Below, piece after piece: positions 1 to 10,217 of a stretch of DNA of 64,000 bases (positions are counted from its first letter, which is position 1; every line of letters starts with the position of its first letter). The stretch is taken from the sequence record OL451225.1, one strand, 5' to 3'. This DNA is from Escherichia phage P896. The notes beneath the pieces were generated by a model. It made no database searches and had not been told where the DNA came from. It worked only from the letters and a program-made list of their open reading frames with translations. Made by a program: the position numbers and the translations under genes.

Positions 1-1151
1 TAACCGAAAAAGGATTTAAGGCATCGGTTTCTGTTGCTGACCGAATCTCCGGGATGTTGTTCAAATATACAATTACGGCAGCAGCCGAAGCAGCCAAGCT
101 TATTGGTGGATTATTGTTGTTGGTATTCGGTATCGATGCGATACGAGTTTACTTCCAATATTTCATGAAGCAATTCGAAAAAGGATGGGCCGAATTTAAT
201 GATAAGTTCAAAGAATGGGGACCGTTGCTCGAAGGACTAATGACTTGGGCTAAGAACGCCCAGGCGATGTTTAGTGAAAAGAATTGGTTGGGATTAGCTG
301 AAGCTATTATCCGTGGGATGGTCAACTTAACGAAGAACATGGCTCAACTTCTTATGCTTGGTATTTCGAAACTGATTTCAGCTATCTTAAGCAAAATCCC
401 TGGGATGGGCGATTTAGCAGATAATGTGGAAGCCTCAGCTTTGATGTCTTATCAGCAAAATACAGGGGCAACTCTGGATGATGAAGACCAAACCAAGATA
501 GCAAAATATCATGACAAACGTTCGGCTGAAGCAATGGAAGCTGCAGAGAAGATGAATAAGAAGTATAAGGATAAACCTGAACTAATTAATCAAGCCGAAA
601 AATATGGTAACCTTACCAAGGAACAAGCTGACCAGCTTCGCGCGGGTGGTATTGACACAAGCTTCAGAGACCTTCCGGAAGAAGAACGTCTGGACTATTT
701 CAAGAAGCGTGACAAAGCACAGGCTGATATTATTCGTTTGACCCAAACTGCGGATAACTTAATGAAGCCAGACGCAACCGATAAAAAGAATGCGATGGAA
801 ATGAGAGCTAACATTGAAAAACAATTAGCTGACCCAGCTATGGCAAAAGGTGGAGCTCCGAAAGACCTGAATATGCGCGCCCTGTTGGAAAAACTTGATA
901 AGTCTCTTGAGAAGTTCAAAGACGAACCGAAAGTTAAACCGCCGGATGTTAAGACTTCTCCGGATGCACAACAAGCTGCGAAGGTAGACGAAGGCATGAA
1001 GGCCAAAGAAAATAAATACAAGGATGCACCGGCTCAGGCACAAATTAACACGGTCAATAATATTCAGAAGACTTCCAGGACGCAATACAATATGCCTCCT
1101 CAAAGTTCAACCCCTGCCCCTGGCATGAGACAGGCCACGAGAATTAACTAA
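1..1151 (+). CDS. 29: Baseplate hub / tail-length determinator, C-terminal part (5' end lies outside window)
   Basis: Reading frame is open to position 1; Lys/Glu-rich coiled-coil-like tail; sits immediately upstream of 48 and 54 as in T4. Confidence 0.55.
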   Translation, partial: TEKGFKASVSVADRISGMLFKYTITAAAEAAKLIGGLLLLVFGIDAIRVYFQYFMKQFEKGWAEFNDKFKEWGPLLEGLMTWAKNAQAMFSEKNWLGLAEAIIRGMVNLTKNMAQLLMLGISKLISAILSKIPGMGDLADNVEASALMSYQQNTGATLDDEDQTKIAKYHDKRSAEAMEAAEKMNKKYKDKPELINQAEKYGNLTKEQADQLRAGGIDTSFRDLPEEERLDYFKKRDKAQADIIRLTQTADNLMKPDATDKKNAMEMRANIEKQLADPAMAKGGAPKDLNMRALLEKLDKSLEKFKDEPKVKPPDVKTSPDAQQAAKVDEGMKAKENKYKDAPAQAQINTVNNIQKTSRTQYNMPPQSSTPAPGMRQATRIN

Positions 1152-1159
1152 GGAATAAC

Positions 1160-2254
1160 ATGAAAGTAAAAGAACTCGATATTGATATTGCGAGTTTATT
1201 TAACGGAGGTTCTAAGACCTCCGCTGGGCAGTCAAAAGCTGCCCAGACTCAAGCTACTATTGTGGCGCAATATCCAGCAGAACGAGCTTCCGGTAATGAT
1301 TCTTCAGATGATATGCGAGTTAATGACCTTTATAAAAATGGTCTGTTATTCACGGCATACAATTTCAGTTCAAGAACATCTCCGGAATTACGCTCAGACA
1401 GGTCAAGCCAATTGACTTCATTAAAGAAAGTTTCCAATGGTGCTTCATTTAACCCGGTTAAAAGTTTAACATCTTTTACTAAATCGAAATTAACCGGCGC
1501 TGGCTCAACAGGTAAAAGTTTTGATTCGAACGCTGTTGCAAATATCCTATTGCCTCGTTCGAAGTCTGATGTAGAATCCGTGTCGCATCGATTCAATGAT
1601 GTTGGTGAGTCTCTTATTACGAAAGGCGGTGGCTCAGCTACTGGCATTCTTAGTAACATCGCATCGACTGCAGTTTTCGGCGCACTCGAATCAGTTACAA
1701 ACGGTGTAATGGCCGACCATGGCGAACAGATTTACACAACGGCAAGAAGCATGTATGCTGGTCCAGATAACCGGACAAAAGTTTACACATGGGAAATGAC
1801 TCCACGTTCGGCCCAGGACTTAATCCAGATAGTGAAGATATATGAGATTTTTAACTATTACTCCTATGGGGAAACCGGTAAAAGTTCGTTTGCTTCCGAG
1901 CTGAAAGAAAAAATCGATACATGGTATAAATCCACCTTCAAAAAAGAAGCAATCGATAACTTTGACGGCAAGTTGCTCGGTGAAGAGATAACAAGCTTCC
2001 TAACGAACGTTCTGGTGGTCTCTAACCCTACTATCTGGTATATCCGCAACTTCGGCGATACAAGCTCGTACGATGGTCGTGGGGAGCTATTTGGGCCGTG
2101 TCAGATTCAGAGCATAAGATTCGATAAATCCCCGGATGGTCATTTCGGTGGATTAGCTATTGCTCCTAACCTGCCATCGACTTTTGTACTTGAAATCACT
2201 TTCCGTGAAATCATTACGCTTAACCGTGGCTCATTATATGCGGAAGGTTTCTAA
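1160..2254 (+). CDS. 48: Baseplate tail-tube cap protein gp48
   Basis: 364 aa, same length as T4 gp48; position between 29 and 54; tight coupling to the next gene (stop/start overlap at 2254). Confidence 0.8.
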   Translation: MKVKELDIDIASLFNGGSKTSAGQSKAAQTQATIVAQYPAERASGNDSSDDMRVNDLYKNGLLFTAYNFSSRTSPELRSDRSSQLTSLKKVSNGASFNPVKSLTSFTKSKLTGAGSTGKSFDSNAVANILLPRSKSDVESVSHRFNDVGESLITKGGGSATGILSNIASTAVFGALESVTNGVMADHGEQIYTTARSMYAGPDNRTKVYTWEMTPRSAQDLIQIVKIYEIFNYYSYGETGKSSFASELKEKIDTWYKSTFKKEAIDNFDGKLLGEEITSFLTNVLVVSNPTIWYIRNFGDTSSYDGRGELFGPCQIQSIRFDKSPDGHFGGLAIAPNLPSTFVLEITFREIITLNRGSLYAEGF

Positions 2255-3195
2255 TGTTTACTTTACAAGAATTTCAAACACAAGCGATTAATATCGACTT
2301 GCAGAGGAATAACCTTTTTAGTGTGGTCTTCGCGACCGCACCTTCCTCTAAATCTCAGAATCTTCTGGACCAGTTTGGTGGCGCATTATTCAGCAACCTT
2401 CCTGTTAACTCAGATTGGTTCGGATTAACACAAGGTGACTTAACTCAAGGGATAACAACTCTTGTTACTGCCGGGACACAAAAGCTTATTCGTAAATCAG
2501 GGATAAGCAAATATCTTATCGGGGCAATGAGTAACCGTGTTGTGCAATCATTATTAGGTGAATTTGAGGTTGGTACTTACCTGCTTGATTTCTTTAATAT
2601 GGCTTATCCAACGGCTGGTCTATTAGTTCACTCTGTTAAGCTTCCGGATAACACATTGAACTACGAAATGGACCTTAACCATAATGCGCCAAATATCAAG
2701 ATAACAGGGAGAGAATATTCTCCGTTGGTATTGAGTTTTAGAATGGATTCAGAGGCGGGGAACTTCAGAGCATTTAACGATTGGGTTAACTCTGTACAGG
2801 ACCCAGTTACCCAGCTAAGGGCTTTGCCTGAAGACGTTGAAGCTGATATTCAGGTTAACCTTCATTCGCGTAATGGGTTACCGCATACGGTTGTTATGTT
2901 AACTGGTTGTGTTCCTGTGAGTGTATCAGCGCCTGAATTGAGCTATGAAGGGGATAATCAGATAGCTACATTTGATGTTACTTTTGCTTATCGTGTTATG
3001 TCAACTGGTGCGGTGGGAAGAACTGCAGCATTAGAATGGTTGGAAGATAAGGTTATTAAAGGTGTATCTGGTATTAGTTCAGATAACAACTTGAACTCAG
3101 AAGTTGCCAAATTGAGTCGCTTGTCTGGTGCTCAATCTGGATTAACAAGTCTATACAATACGTTCACTGGTTCTGGGAGTCAACGTATATTATAA
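2254..3195 (+). CDS. 54: Baseplate tail-tube initiator gp54
   Basis: 313 aa versus about 320 aa in T4; follows 48; ends at a strong terminator. Confidence 0.8.
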   Translation: MFTLQEFQTQAINIDLQRNNLFSVVFATAPSSKSQNLLDQFGGALFSNLPVNSDWFGLTQGDLTQGITTLVTAGTQKLIRKSGISKYLIGAMSNRVVQSLLGEFEVGTYLLDFFNMAYPTAGLLVHSVKLPDNTLNYEMDLNHNAPNIKITGREYSPLVLSFRMDSEAGNFRAFNDWVNSVQDPVTQLRALPEDVEADIQVNLHSRNGLPHTVVMLTGCVPVSVSAPELSYEGDNQIATFDVTFAYRVMSTGAVGRTAALEWLEDKVIKGVSGISSDNNLNSEVAKLSRLSGAQSGLTSLYNTFTGSGSQRIL

Positions 3196-3230
3196 AAAGA
3201 AAGGGACCCGAAGGTCCCTTTTTTATTTGC
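3196..3230. terminator. Bidirectional intrinsic terminator between convergent genes 54 (+) and the alt.-1-like gene (-)
   Basis: GGGACC-CGAA-GGTCCC hairpin (3203-3218) flanked by an A-run upstream and a T-run downstream, so it reads as a terminator on both strands. Confidence 0.7.
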
Positions 3231-3513
3231 GGAATGAAATGAAACCTGCTGCAGTCATGACAACTTCTTTCTTAGCAAAGACTGTAATTGCAATTGGTGC
3301 TTCGGACTCAAGTTGCCCAGTTACTACACCATTAAAAATATTTTCTGTTTGTTCAGAATTTACAAAGTTTTCAACAGGGCGAAGGTCAAACTTCTTATCT
3401 TCGCCAAACACGCGCCGCAGTTCATTACCCACCGCGCTGTCAAACTCTTCTGAAGCCGGGATAACATTCTCAACTACCAGTTCCTGACCATTAAAGCGAA
3501 AAGATGATTTCAT
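3223..3513 (-). CDS. Hypothetical protein (alt.-1-like position)
   Basis: ORF with GAGGAAAA Shine-Dalgarno before the internal ATG at 3513; the track ORF 3223..3546 is probably an N-terminal over-extension. Confidence 0.5.
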   Translation of the reverse strand: MKSSFRFNGQELVVENVIPASEEFDSAVGNELRRVFGEDKKFDLRPVENFVNSEQTENIFNGVVTGQLESEAPIAITVFAKKEVVMTAAGFISFRK

Positions 3514-3576
3514 TTTGTTTTCCTCATGTGCAATTGATATGAACATTGTATCGCACTTCCTTGTGCTTGTAAACCC

Positions 3577-5637
3577 CTACGAAAGGAATTTAGGAGGAAT
3601 AGCTTCCAAATTAATACAACTAGCAAGAATACCAAGACCTTGATTGACTTTCTTCGTTACCCCAGAGGATGCAAACGATGCAAAGTCAACAGATTCTGCT
3701 GGCTCTTCTGTTTCCTCGCCCTGATAAACGACAAGCTCACCAGTTTCCATCAACACATCACCATCATAGATAACTGCATTTTCATCCAGTTGGTCCGTAG
3801 TCTGGATATCAGCTTCCAGCATTTTGACGTTCGCGTTTCCTTGATACGAAGCATCAGTAATTTTGGTAATCTTAACTACAGTCCCACGAGGAAGAATAAC
3901 TTCCTGCTCGGACGGGTTGCTTGACAATTCCCCAGGAACAATTACGTTAATTAAGTCCGCCCCAGAAATTTTCCAACCAACATGCATCATTACGTGGTCG
4001 CGGCGTGCATCCGGCATATCTGGTAAAACAATTTCGTCATCAGCCTGGAAAGATGTCCCATCACGATAGTCCTGATGAACTGCAGCCATAGCAACGTTCG
4101 CCACCCAGCCACCAAAGATAATCGGTTTAAACGACGTTGATACATAGTTCCTGAAATAAAATAATTTAGATTTCTTAATTTTATCAAATGTAGGAACGTT
4201 TAAATATTGACCACGCCAAAGAGTTGTATTAGGCGGCAACTTATGTCCAATTTCAAAGGCCGAATCCAATTCCTTAATTGTTTCGACAACTCTGTCTAGA
4301 TTTAGGAATTCAGCTTCTTCTTCATAATATTTGCCCATCAAATAATTATTAATATCGGCATAGTTTGCTCCACAATAATCTGCAATTGCTTCTCGCTGGC
4401 CATAATGGAAACGGTTGTCAGTATACCCTGCTGTGAAATTAAGAGTATTTTCTGATGCTTCTTCGGCAAAGTCTTTAACTGCAACACGAATGGCGCTTGT
4501 GTATTCTTTTTCCCAGAGCGAGGCTGCATAAGTGGCTGCATCCAGGTTAGGAGGAGCATCATTCATTTTTCTTTCGATAAATGCGGCTTTGCGAAGGTTA
4601 AGAATCTCTGCGCATGATTCGGCAAAAATCTGCATCTGCTTCATACTACCAACCGGAGCACGTTTAAGTTCACGATGCATACGGTTAAAAATTGGGTCAG
4701 AGTCTTCAACACGAATTTCTTCTTTCCAAACACCATTTGCTCGCATAGCCTCATCTGCTGCACGCATACGAGCCATAGTATTCGTTTCAGAAGGTCGAAC
4801 AAAAATTTCCAGTTCTTCATAATCATCGATAAGTTCTGCCGTAGCCGGTCGACTAAACTTAGCAGCTTCTGCATCAATTTCGTCCCAACCGTCTGGTACG
4901 GAATCACTTGGAGCGTACTGGGCTTGTGCAATAGCTCGGCGACTGATTTTAGTTTTCTGGGCAACAGCAGCATCGGTCTTTTTGTTTGCTGCGTCAATCA
5001 GAACTTCGGCTGCGATTTCTTGTTTGGAGACTTGTGCGCCTGTATCTTTATTAGTGAATACATCGCCGACTTTAGTTTCAACTTTTTGATATTTCTCAGG
5101 GACCGGTGGCATACCATCAACCGAAAGCAGGTCAACACCCTTTTTGTACATAATTACATAAGCGTTCTTTTTACCGAGGCCGGAAGCATTCGGAAGAACA
5201 TGATAACGCCCGCTGGTTTTCATTTGAATCAGTCGATTCATAATACGAATAACAGCTTGGTCTTGTCCTTTCATCTTTTTGGATGGGAAACGGAACAAGA
5301 CTACATCAGGTTTGCCTAGTTTAATGCTTTCCCAGACTGTAACAAAAATCAGGTTAATCGCATCAAGAGGTTTTTCACCTAGACCACCCTTCAGAGGAAT
5401 AGCATGGCCATGTGAAGTCCCGGATAACAGGAATACCTCGGCAATTGCATCGCCACGTTTATATTGTTTAACTGTTTCTTTGCCCGTGAATTGCATCAAA
5501 CGGGCCATAAGAGAATTGGTCCCAGGAACACCGAATTGCCAAACCTGCGGGACCTTGTATTTTGGATTCATATTAATGACAGGATAACCGAAGGCTTCGA
5601 TATATTTGTCAAAGAGTTCATTTAATTGTTCAGACAT
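3577..5637 (-). CDS. alt: Alt-family mono-ADP-ribosyltransferase (head-packaged), copy 1
   Basis: 686 aa (T4 Alt is 682 aa); R/STS/E-x-E motifs (WRGQ..., YVSTSF, EQEVILPRGT); conserved N-terminal region shared with the adjacent paralog. Confidence 0.8.
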   Translation of the reverse strand: MSEQLNELFDKYIEAFGYPVINMNPKYKVPQVWQFGVPGTNSLMARLMQFTGKETVKQYKRGDAIAEVFLLSGTSHGHAIPLKGGLGEKPLDAINLIFVTVWESIKLGKPDVVLFRFPSKKMKGQDQAVIRIMNRLIQMKTSGRYHVLPNASGLGKKNAYVIMYKKGVDLLSVDGMPPVPEKYQKVETKVGDVFTNKDTGAQVSKQEIAAEVLIDAANKKTDAAVAQKTKISRRAIAQAQYAPSDSVPDGWDEIDAEAAKFSRPATAELIDDYEELEIFVRPSETNTMARMRAADEAMRANGVWKEEIRVEDSDPIFNRMHRELKRAPVGSMKQMQIFAESCAEILNLRKAAFIERKMNDAPPNLDAATYAASLWEKEYTSAIRVAVKDFAEEASENTLNFTAGYTDNRFHYGQREAIADYCGANYADINNYLMGKYYEEEAEFLNLDRVVETIKELDSAFEIGHKLPPNTTLWRGQYLNVPTFDKIKKSKLFYFRNYVSTSFKPIIFGGWVANVAMAAVHQDYRDGTSFQADDEIVLPDMPDARRDHVMMHVGWKISGADLINVIVPGELSSNPSEQEVILPRGTVVKITKITDASYQGNANVKMLEADIQTTDQLDENAVIYDGDVLMETGELVVYQGEETEEPAESVDFASFASSGVTKKVNQGLGILASCINLEAIPPKFLS

Positions 5638-5646
5638 TTTTAACCC

Positions 5647-7521
5647 TTAATTGAGAAGGTGTACAAGTTTTTCCATAGACAAATCATAAGAGATTCTGTC
5701 ATATTTTTTCAAAAGCGAATTTGATTCGTCTATCTGGTCATTTTCTAAGATAGAGCATTCAACGAGAATGTATTTACCCATCGAACCCATCATGCCAGCT
5801 GTAGCACCATAGACTTTATCAATCTTAAGCATTGTTCCACGTGGAAGAATAACTTCGGTTTCAACGGACCAGTTTGCCAGGTCACCAGGAATAACTACCT
5901 TGATATTTTCTGCACCTTTGATAATCATACCAATCTTGATTGTAGGTTTCGCCGAACCAGTTGCACTTTTAATAGTTGCATCGATTGCCCCATCATCGAT
6001 ATCACTCGATAATGCATTTGGGTCAAGGTTCGCAGCGGTGTGGCCCATACGACCGAAAATATTTGGCGCCAGAGATGTACTCGCAAACATAGGAAGATAC
6101 ATCGTTTTATTTTTGATGGAATTAATTGCCATATCGGTTGGCATGACTTGAGCACGGTAGATGATAGTTCCTTTTGGAAGCTTAACACCGTTTTCAAATA
6201 CTTTATCCATATCGGAAATCATTTTGATTTCGCTTTCTTTTGCGTCAGCTTTCCCTAGCAGGAAATTATTGATTGCAGTATATTTTCCGCGAGTATATGC
6301 CTTAATTGCTTCGGCCTGGTCTTCAGTTATTTCAGGGTTGTCGGAGATATGAAATAATGGTTGGATGGCCTTGGTGTAAATTTCATCTGCGATAATACGA
6401 ATAGCTTCTTTAGTCTTATCTTCGCGCGCCCAGGTCCCCACAATGGAGTCGTCAAGCAACATATCAGCAACTCTGCGCAATGTATCAACAGGATTCTTTG
6501 AGGCCCGCAGGACGTTCGAAAACTCACTTATTTTGTGTTCCATGCCAACTTCTTTAAGAGCATTAAACACATCCATGGCTACACGAGTTTTTGTCTTATC
6601 TTCACCAACACCACCTTGTGCAACTAAATCAAAATAGTCTGCATACTCATCACCCGCACGGTCGATTACTTTTATTGAAGCTTTAGCTATCTGACTTTCT
6701 CTGGCATCATCTGCTGAATGCACTGCGCTACTGGTCGAGAGTTTTGTATAAATCTCTTTGTGCTCTGGTGAGAATTTAGCAAGGCCAGTTGGTTCGTTCC
6801 CCGAATACAATGCGTTAATAGCTGCGCGTTTAGAAAACTTGGTTTTAACAACAACTGCCTGGTCTGTACGTTTTTCTTCAACCTTTGCAATAGAGGCCGC
6901 AATAGCTTCATTCTTGGTAACAGTTTCGCCGGTGGCTTTGTCTACATAAACATCACCGACTTTCGATTCCACTTTTGTGTACAATTCGGTATTGATGCCA
7001 GGAATTCCGGCGATAGATTCAATTGGTTTGGATTTACGATAAATCAATACGTAAGTATGTTTACCCGTGTACTGATACATATCATCCAGAACTTTGAACT
7101 GACCGCCGGCACGGGCCATAATAAGCCGAGCAAGAACACGCTGAATAGTTCGTTCTTGTCCCTTCATTTTGCGGGTCGGGAAGCGGAACATAATTGCATC
7201 CATTTTCATCAGTTTTACTTGTTCGTAAACTACATCAAAAATGGATTTAATTGCTCCAATCGGGTTATCACCAAGACCACCTTTAAGAATAGCTGGAGTA
7301 CCGTTTGAATTTAATGACATCAAAATAACGTGTGCATACTTATCGCCAGTTTTGACCTGTTTAATAGCATCGCCTTCGGATGCGTAAGACACCATACGAG
7401 CAATAAGATTATCATTCCCCGGGACCTGGATATTCCAAATCTGTGGAACTTTTGACTTTGAAAGGTTAATGGCCGGGATATTAGATTCCCCTTCAAAAAC
7501 CTCTGACAATAATTCGGTCAT
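5647..7521 (-). CDS. Alt-family mono-ADP-ribosyltransferase paralog, copy 2
   Basis: 624 aa; N-terminal region homologous to copy 1 (KVPQ.W..VPG, LKGGLG, FRFP..KMKGQ, KVE.KVGDV); R/STS/E motifs (YRAQ, FASTSL, ETEVILPRGT). Confidence 0.8.
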   Translation of the reverse strand: MTELLSEVFEGESNIPAINLSKSKVPQIWNIQVPGNDNLIARMVSYASEGDAIKQVKTGDKYAHVILMSLNSNGTPAILKGGLGDNPIGAIKSIFDVVYEQVKLMKMDAIMFRFPTRKMKGQERTIQRVLARLIMARAGGQFKVLDDMYQYTGKHTYVLIYRKSKPIESIAGIPGINTELYTKVESKVGDVYVDKATGETVTKNEAIAASIAKVEEKRTDQAVVVKTKFSKRAAINALYSGNEPTGLAKFSPEHKEIYTKLSTSSAVHSADDARESQIAKASIKVIDRAGDEYADYFDLVAQGGVGEDKTKTRVAMDVFNALKEVGMEHKISEFSNVLRASKNPVDTLRRVADMLLDDSIVGTWAREDKTKEAIRIIADEIYTKAIQPLFHISDNPEITEDQAEAIKAYTRGKYTAINNFLLGKADAKESEIKMISDMDKVFENGVKLPKGTIIYRAQVMPTDMAINSIKNKTMYLPMFASTSLAPNIFGRMGHTAANLDPNALSSDIDDGAIDATIKSATGSAKPTIKIGMIIKGAENIKVVIPGDLANWSVETEVILPRGTMLKIDKVYGATAGMMGSMGKYILVECSILENDQIDESNSLLKKYDRISYDLSMEKLVHLLN

Positions 7522-7546
7522 ATTGTTTTCCTTATAAAATATGATG

Positions 7547-7554
7547 TATTTATA
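7547..7554 (-). promoter_or_regulatory. T4-type late promoter (TATAAATA) upstream of the alt paralogs
   Basis: Exact TATAAATA on the minus strand about 26 nt upstream of the ATG at 7521. Confidence 0.55.
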
Positions 7555-7580
7555 CGAAAAAAGGACCGAAGCCCTTTTGT
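7555..7580 (-). terminator. Intrinsic terminator after DNA ligase
   Basis: Minus-strand RNA AAAAGGGC-UUCG-GUCCUUUU (one G.U pair) followed by a U-run; abuts the ligase stop codon. Confidence 0.55.
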
Positions 7581-9121
7581 TATTTTAATCCAGTCTTTGA
7601 CCAGTCGCCAAATACATCTTCGAATGTGTCTGCATGGTCTTTATCGAAACGGAACCCTTTGATAATCGGCAGGAACAATGCAACCGTATTATCTTTACGA
7701 GTCTCGGAAGTCAACCAACCATTACATTCACAGTCGGCAATCATTCCAACCAATTCGCCTTTACGGGCTTTAACCATCAAGGCTTCACGGTCCATTTCAT
7801 GACGCTCCTCAATCGGAATAGTAACCCATTTTTTGGTTTTCTTATCTTTAACTTGAGTTGTGTCTTTAAAACCAGAACCACAGTTATTTGTAATCTTACC
7901 ACAAGAAGAACGAAGCACAACACCACCAATCTTATTCGGGTCTTTATCGTGCTCGTAATATCCAATGATTTCCATTGCGATGTCAATTACTTCTTTGAAC
8001 TTGTACAAGTTCTTTGAGCGCTTGTTTTCCCAAATCGATGCCATGTTCTTAAGGATAATACCTTCAAGACCTTCATCCACATATTTCTTATAGATAACCT
8101 TCGCTTCATCGAGATTGTTAACAACATGGTTTTCAATCAGAATCATGCGGTCAAAACCATGCAGCACCACGTTATCTGCAATCATCTTTTCCAGAACAGC
8201 AAAACGCACATCGTATTTTAACGGATTGAGTATCTTAACATCAGAATAGACTTCAATCAATGGAACATAATCCCAAACCTGGAATTTCATGCAAGAAGCT
8301 TCTGCTGCAGAAATAGTTCCTTTCAATGATTTGTTTGCCAGACCATTTGAAAAGGTTCTTGATTCCGCGAATTCTGCGAATTCTTTTGCCTTACTAAGCT
8401 CAGGCATATCGTCAAAAAGGAAGCTCAAACCATCATTCTGGGGAGCTATTTTCTGTTCATGATATACTAACTCGCCGTCAATCAAAACGCCCTCAGGATG
8501 TCTCTCACGCGCTTCACGGGTAGCTTCAATCAATTCCTTTTTAAGGAGGTCAAGCTTGAGGTATTCGTTGCCAGCTCGGGATAACAATCGAACATCATCC
8601 AACTCATCGCCACGAACTTCTGCAAAACACCGAGCGCCGTCGGCTTTCAATTGTGCAAAGGCCGGGAACTTAATGTTCTTGGCAATACCGGCTTCATCAT
8701 AGGAAGAAGCGAGCATCTGCGGTTGTTCAGGAATTAAACCTTTCCAAACCTTATTTGCAATTGATACGGATGCCCCGCATTCCAGGTCACGCATCATAAC
8801 ACGCCGCAGGACTTCAACATCTGCTTTTTTACCATCAGCAATATAGCCAGATAATTCCTCGATTGCAGCATTACCTGTTAATTTACGAGAGGCTAATGTG
8901 AATTCAATAAAGTCAAGCATATCATCGATATTCAGCATACCAAAGCTTTGAGTCGTTGTCCCAGGTTTTGGCCATTTCTTAATATAGAACTGGATGCCTT
9001 TGGAATATGTCAAACGATACACACGTTTGAGGGTTTCATTGTCAGAATACGATTCCAGAATAGCTTGTTTCTCTTTAGTAGAATCGGTTGCAGCAATTTC
9101 ATTTAAAATATCTAAAATCAT
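7580..9121 (-). CDS. 30: ATP-dependent DNA ligase gp30
   Basis: 513 aa; N-terminus and body closely resemble T4 DNA ligase (ILNEIA...KRVYRLTYS, KADGARC adenylation motif, ...FEDVFGD). Confidence 0.95.
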   Translation of the reverse strand: MILDILNEIAATDSTKEKQAILESYSDNETLKRVYRLTYSKGIQFYIKKWPKPGTTTQSFGMLNIDDMLDFIEFTLASRKLTGNAAIEELSGYIADGKKADVEVLRRVMMRDLECGASVSIANKVWKGLIPEQPQMLASSYDEAGIAKNIKFPAFAQLKADGARCFAEVRGDELDDVRLLSRAGNEYLKLDLLKKELIEATREARERHPEGVLIDGELVYHEQKIAPQNDGLSFLFDDMPELSKAKEFAEFAESRTFSNGLANKSLKGTISAAEASCMKFQVWDYVPLIEVYSDVKILNPLKYDVRFAVLEKMIADNVVLHGFDRMILIENHVVNNLDEAKVIYKKYVDEGLEGIILKNMASIWENKRSKNLYKFKEVIDIAMEIIGYYEHDKDPNKIGGVVLRSSCGKITNNCGSGFKDTTQVKDKKTKKWVTIPIEERHEMDREALMVKARKGELVGMIADCECNGWLTSETRKDNTVALFLPIIKGFRFDKDHADTFEDVFGDWSKTGLK

Positions 9122-9396
9122 TTAATATCTCTTCTGGTCATAAAGATTCTATTATAAGCTACTTCATCTTGAAGCTCATTTAAAGTCTTTTGATATGTAT
9201 TAATCCAACGTCTACCACGAGAGGTTGTTACAAAATACTCGGAGATGTAAATAAATCCTTGTTCAACACATTCCATGAATATTTTTTCATATCTAGCTTG
9301 GTTGTATAAAGGCTTTGCTCGTAAGAACTGTGTCACATTCCCGTAATCATGGGTAGAACATCTTCCGTCTGAAATATCATGAACGACAAACATCAA
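9118..9396 (-). CDS. Hypothetical protein (30.1-like position)
   Basis: 92-aa ORF translationally coupled to its neighbours. Confidence 0.5.
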   Translation of the reverse strand: MMFVVHDISDGRCSTHDYGNVTQFLRAKPLYNQARYEKIFMECVEQGFIYISEYFVTTSRGRRWINTYQKTLNELQDEVAYNRIFMTRRDIK

Positions 9397-10217
9397 TTAC
9401 CCCCTTGGCCACCGGTCGGTTGGTTGTACCAATATTCAATGCCAGTACCTACGCGTGGACCATATTGATATGGATATGCTGGATTATAACCAGGAGTCCA
9501 TGGTTGACCTGGTTGCCAGCCTTGTTGCATTTGTTGTTGAAGACGGCGAGTTTCACGAAACAGCTCTTCCAGTTTACGGAGTTCATCAGGGGTGAATTCT
9601 GGTTTGACTGGTTCATCTTTGTGTTTCAGTTTAAGCTGCCCAGCTACATCGTCCCAATTAAAAACTTTGGAAGCTGTTTTAGGAATAGCATCACGTTCAC
9701 CACGAGCCATCCAATAAACCGGAATCTCAAGGATTTCACTCGCATGGTCGCAATGGTGTGCAAGGTCATCAATATAACAAACGACATTATATTTGGTCTT
9801 CGCCTTCTGGAATAACTCTTCTTTAGAAGCTGTATGGCCGCACATCATCACTTCTTTAAATGCACCAGGGAACAAAGCATTCAGGTTGAATTGACGATTC
9901 AGACGGGCGTCAATGGAATCACCCAGAGCCGTAACAGCCACAAAATCATATTGCTCTTTGAGGTTATTAATAACCCTTAACGCATCTGCGTAAGGAGACA
10001 AATAGCGAATAAAATCTGAACAGTTATATTTCTCAATCAACTGTGCTCCCAACTCTTCATCACAATTGAACAGTTTACCAGGGGTCACAAATTTTTCATC
10101 CTGAATCATCTTAAGGATATGTTCCAGGGGTAAATTATATTTTTGGGCGAAATAAGGCAAGCCAGACTGCCATGACAAACATACGCCATCAATATCTGTT
10201 AAAATAACGGGTTTCAT
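9393..10217 (-). CDS. HAD-like (DxDG) putative nucleotidase/phosphatase with Q/P/G/Y-rich C-terminal tail
   Basis: N-terminal ILTDIDGV motif typical of HAD phosphatases and 5'(3')-deoxyribonucleotidases; C-terminal about 60 aa are low complexity (QQQMQQGWQPGQPWTPGYNPAYPYQYGP...GGQGGN). Confidence 0.55.
   Translation of the reverse strand: MKPVILTDIDGVCLSWQSGLPYFAQKYNLPLEHILKMIQDEKFVTPGKLFNCDEELGAQLIEKYNCSDFIRYLSPYADALRVINNLKEQYDFVAVTALGDSIDARLNRQFNLNALFPGAFKEVMMCGHTASKEELFQKAKTKYNVVCYIDDLAHHCDHASEILEIPVYWMARGERDAIPKTASKVFNWDDVAGQLKLKHKDEPVKPEFTPDELRKLEELFRETRRLQQQMQQGWQPGQPWTPGYNPAYPYQYGPRVGTGIEYWYNQPTGGQGGN

Noticed and set aside
4675-5319. 214-aa + strand ORF (and the other + strand ORFs between 3600 and 7400)
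   Set aside because: Antisense to the Alt genes, Cys/Phe-rich odd composition, no translation signals.
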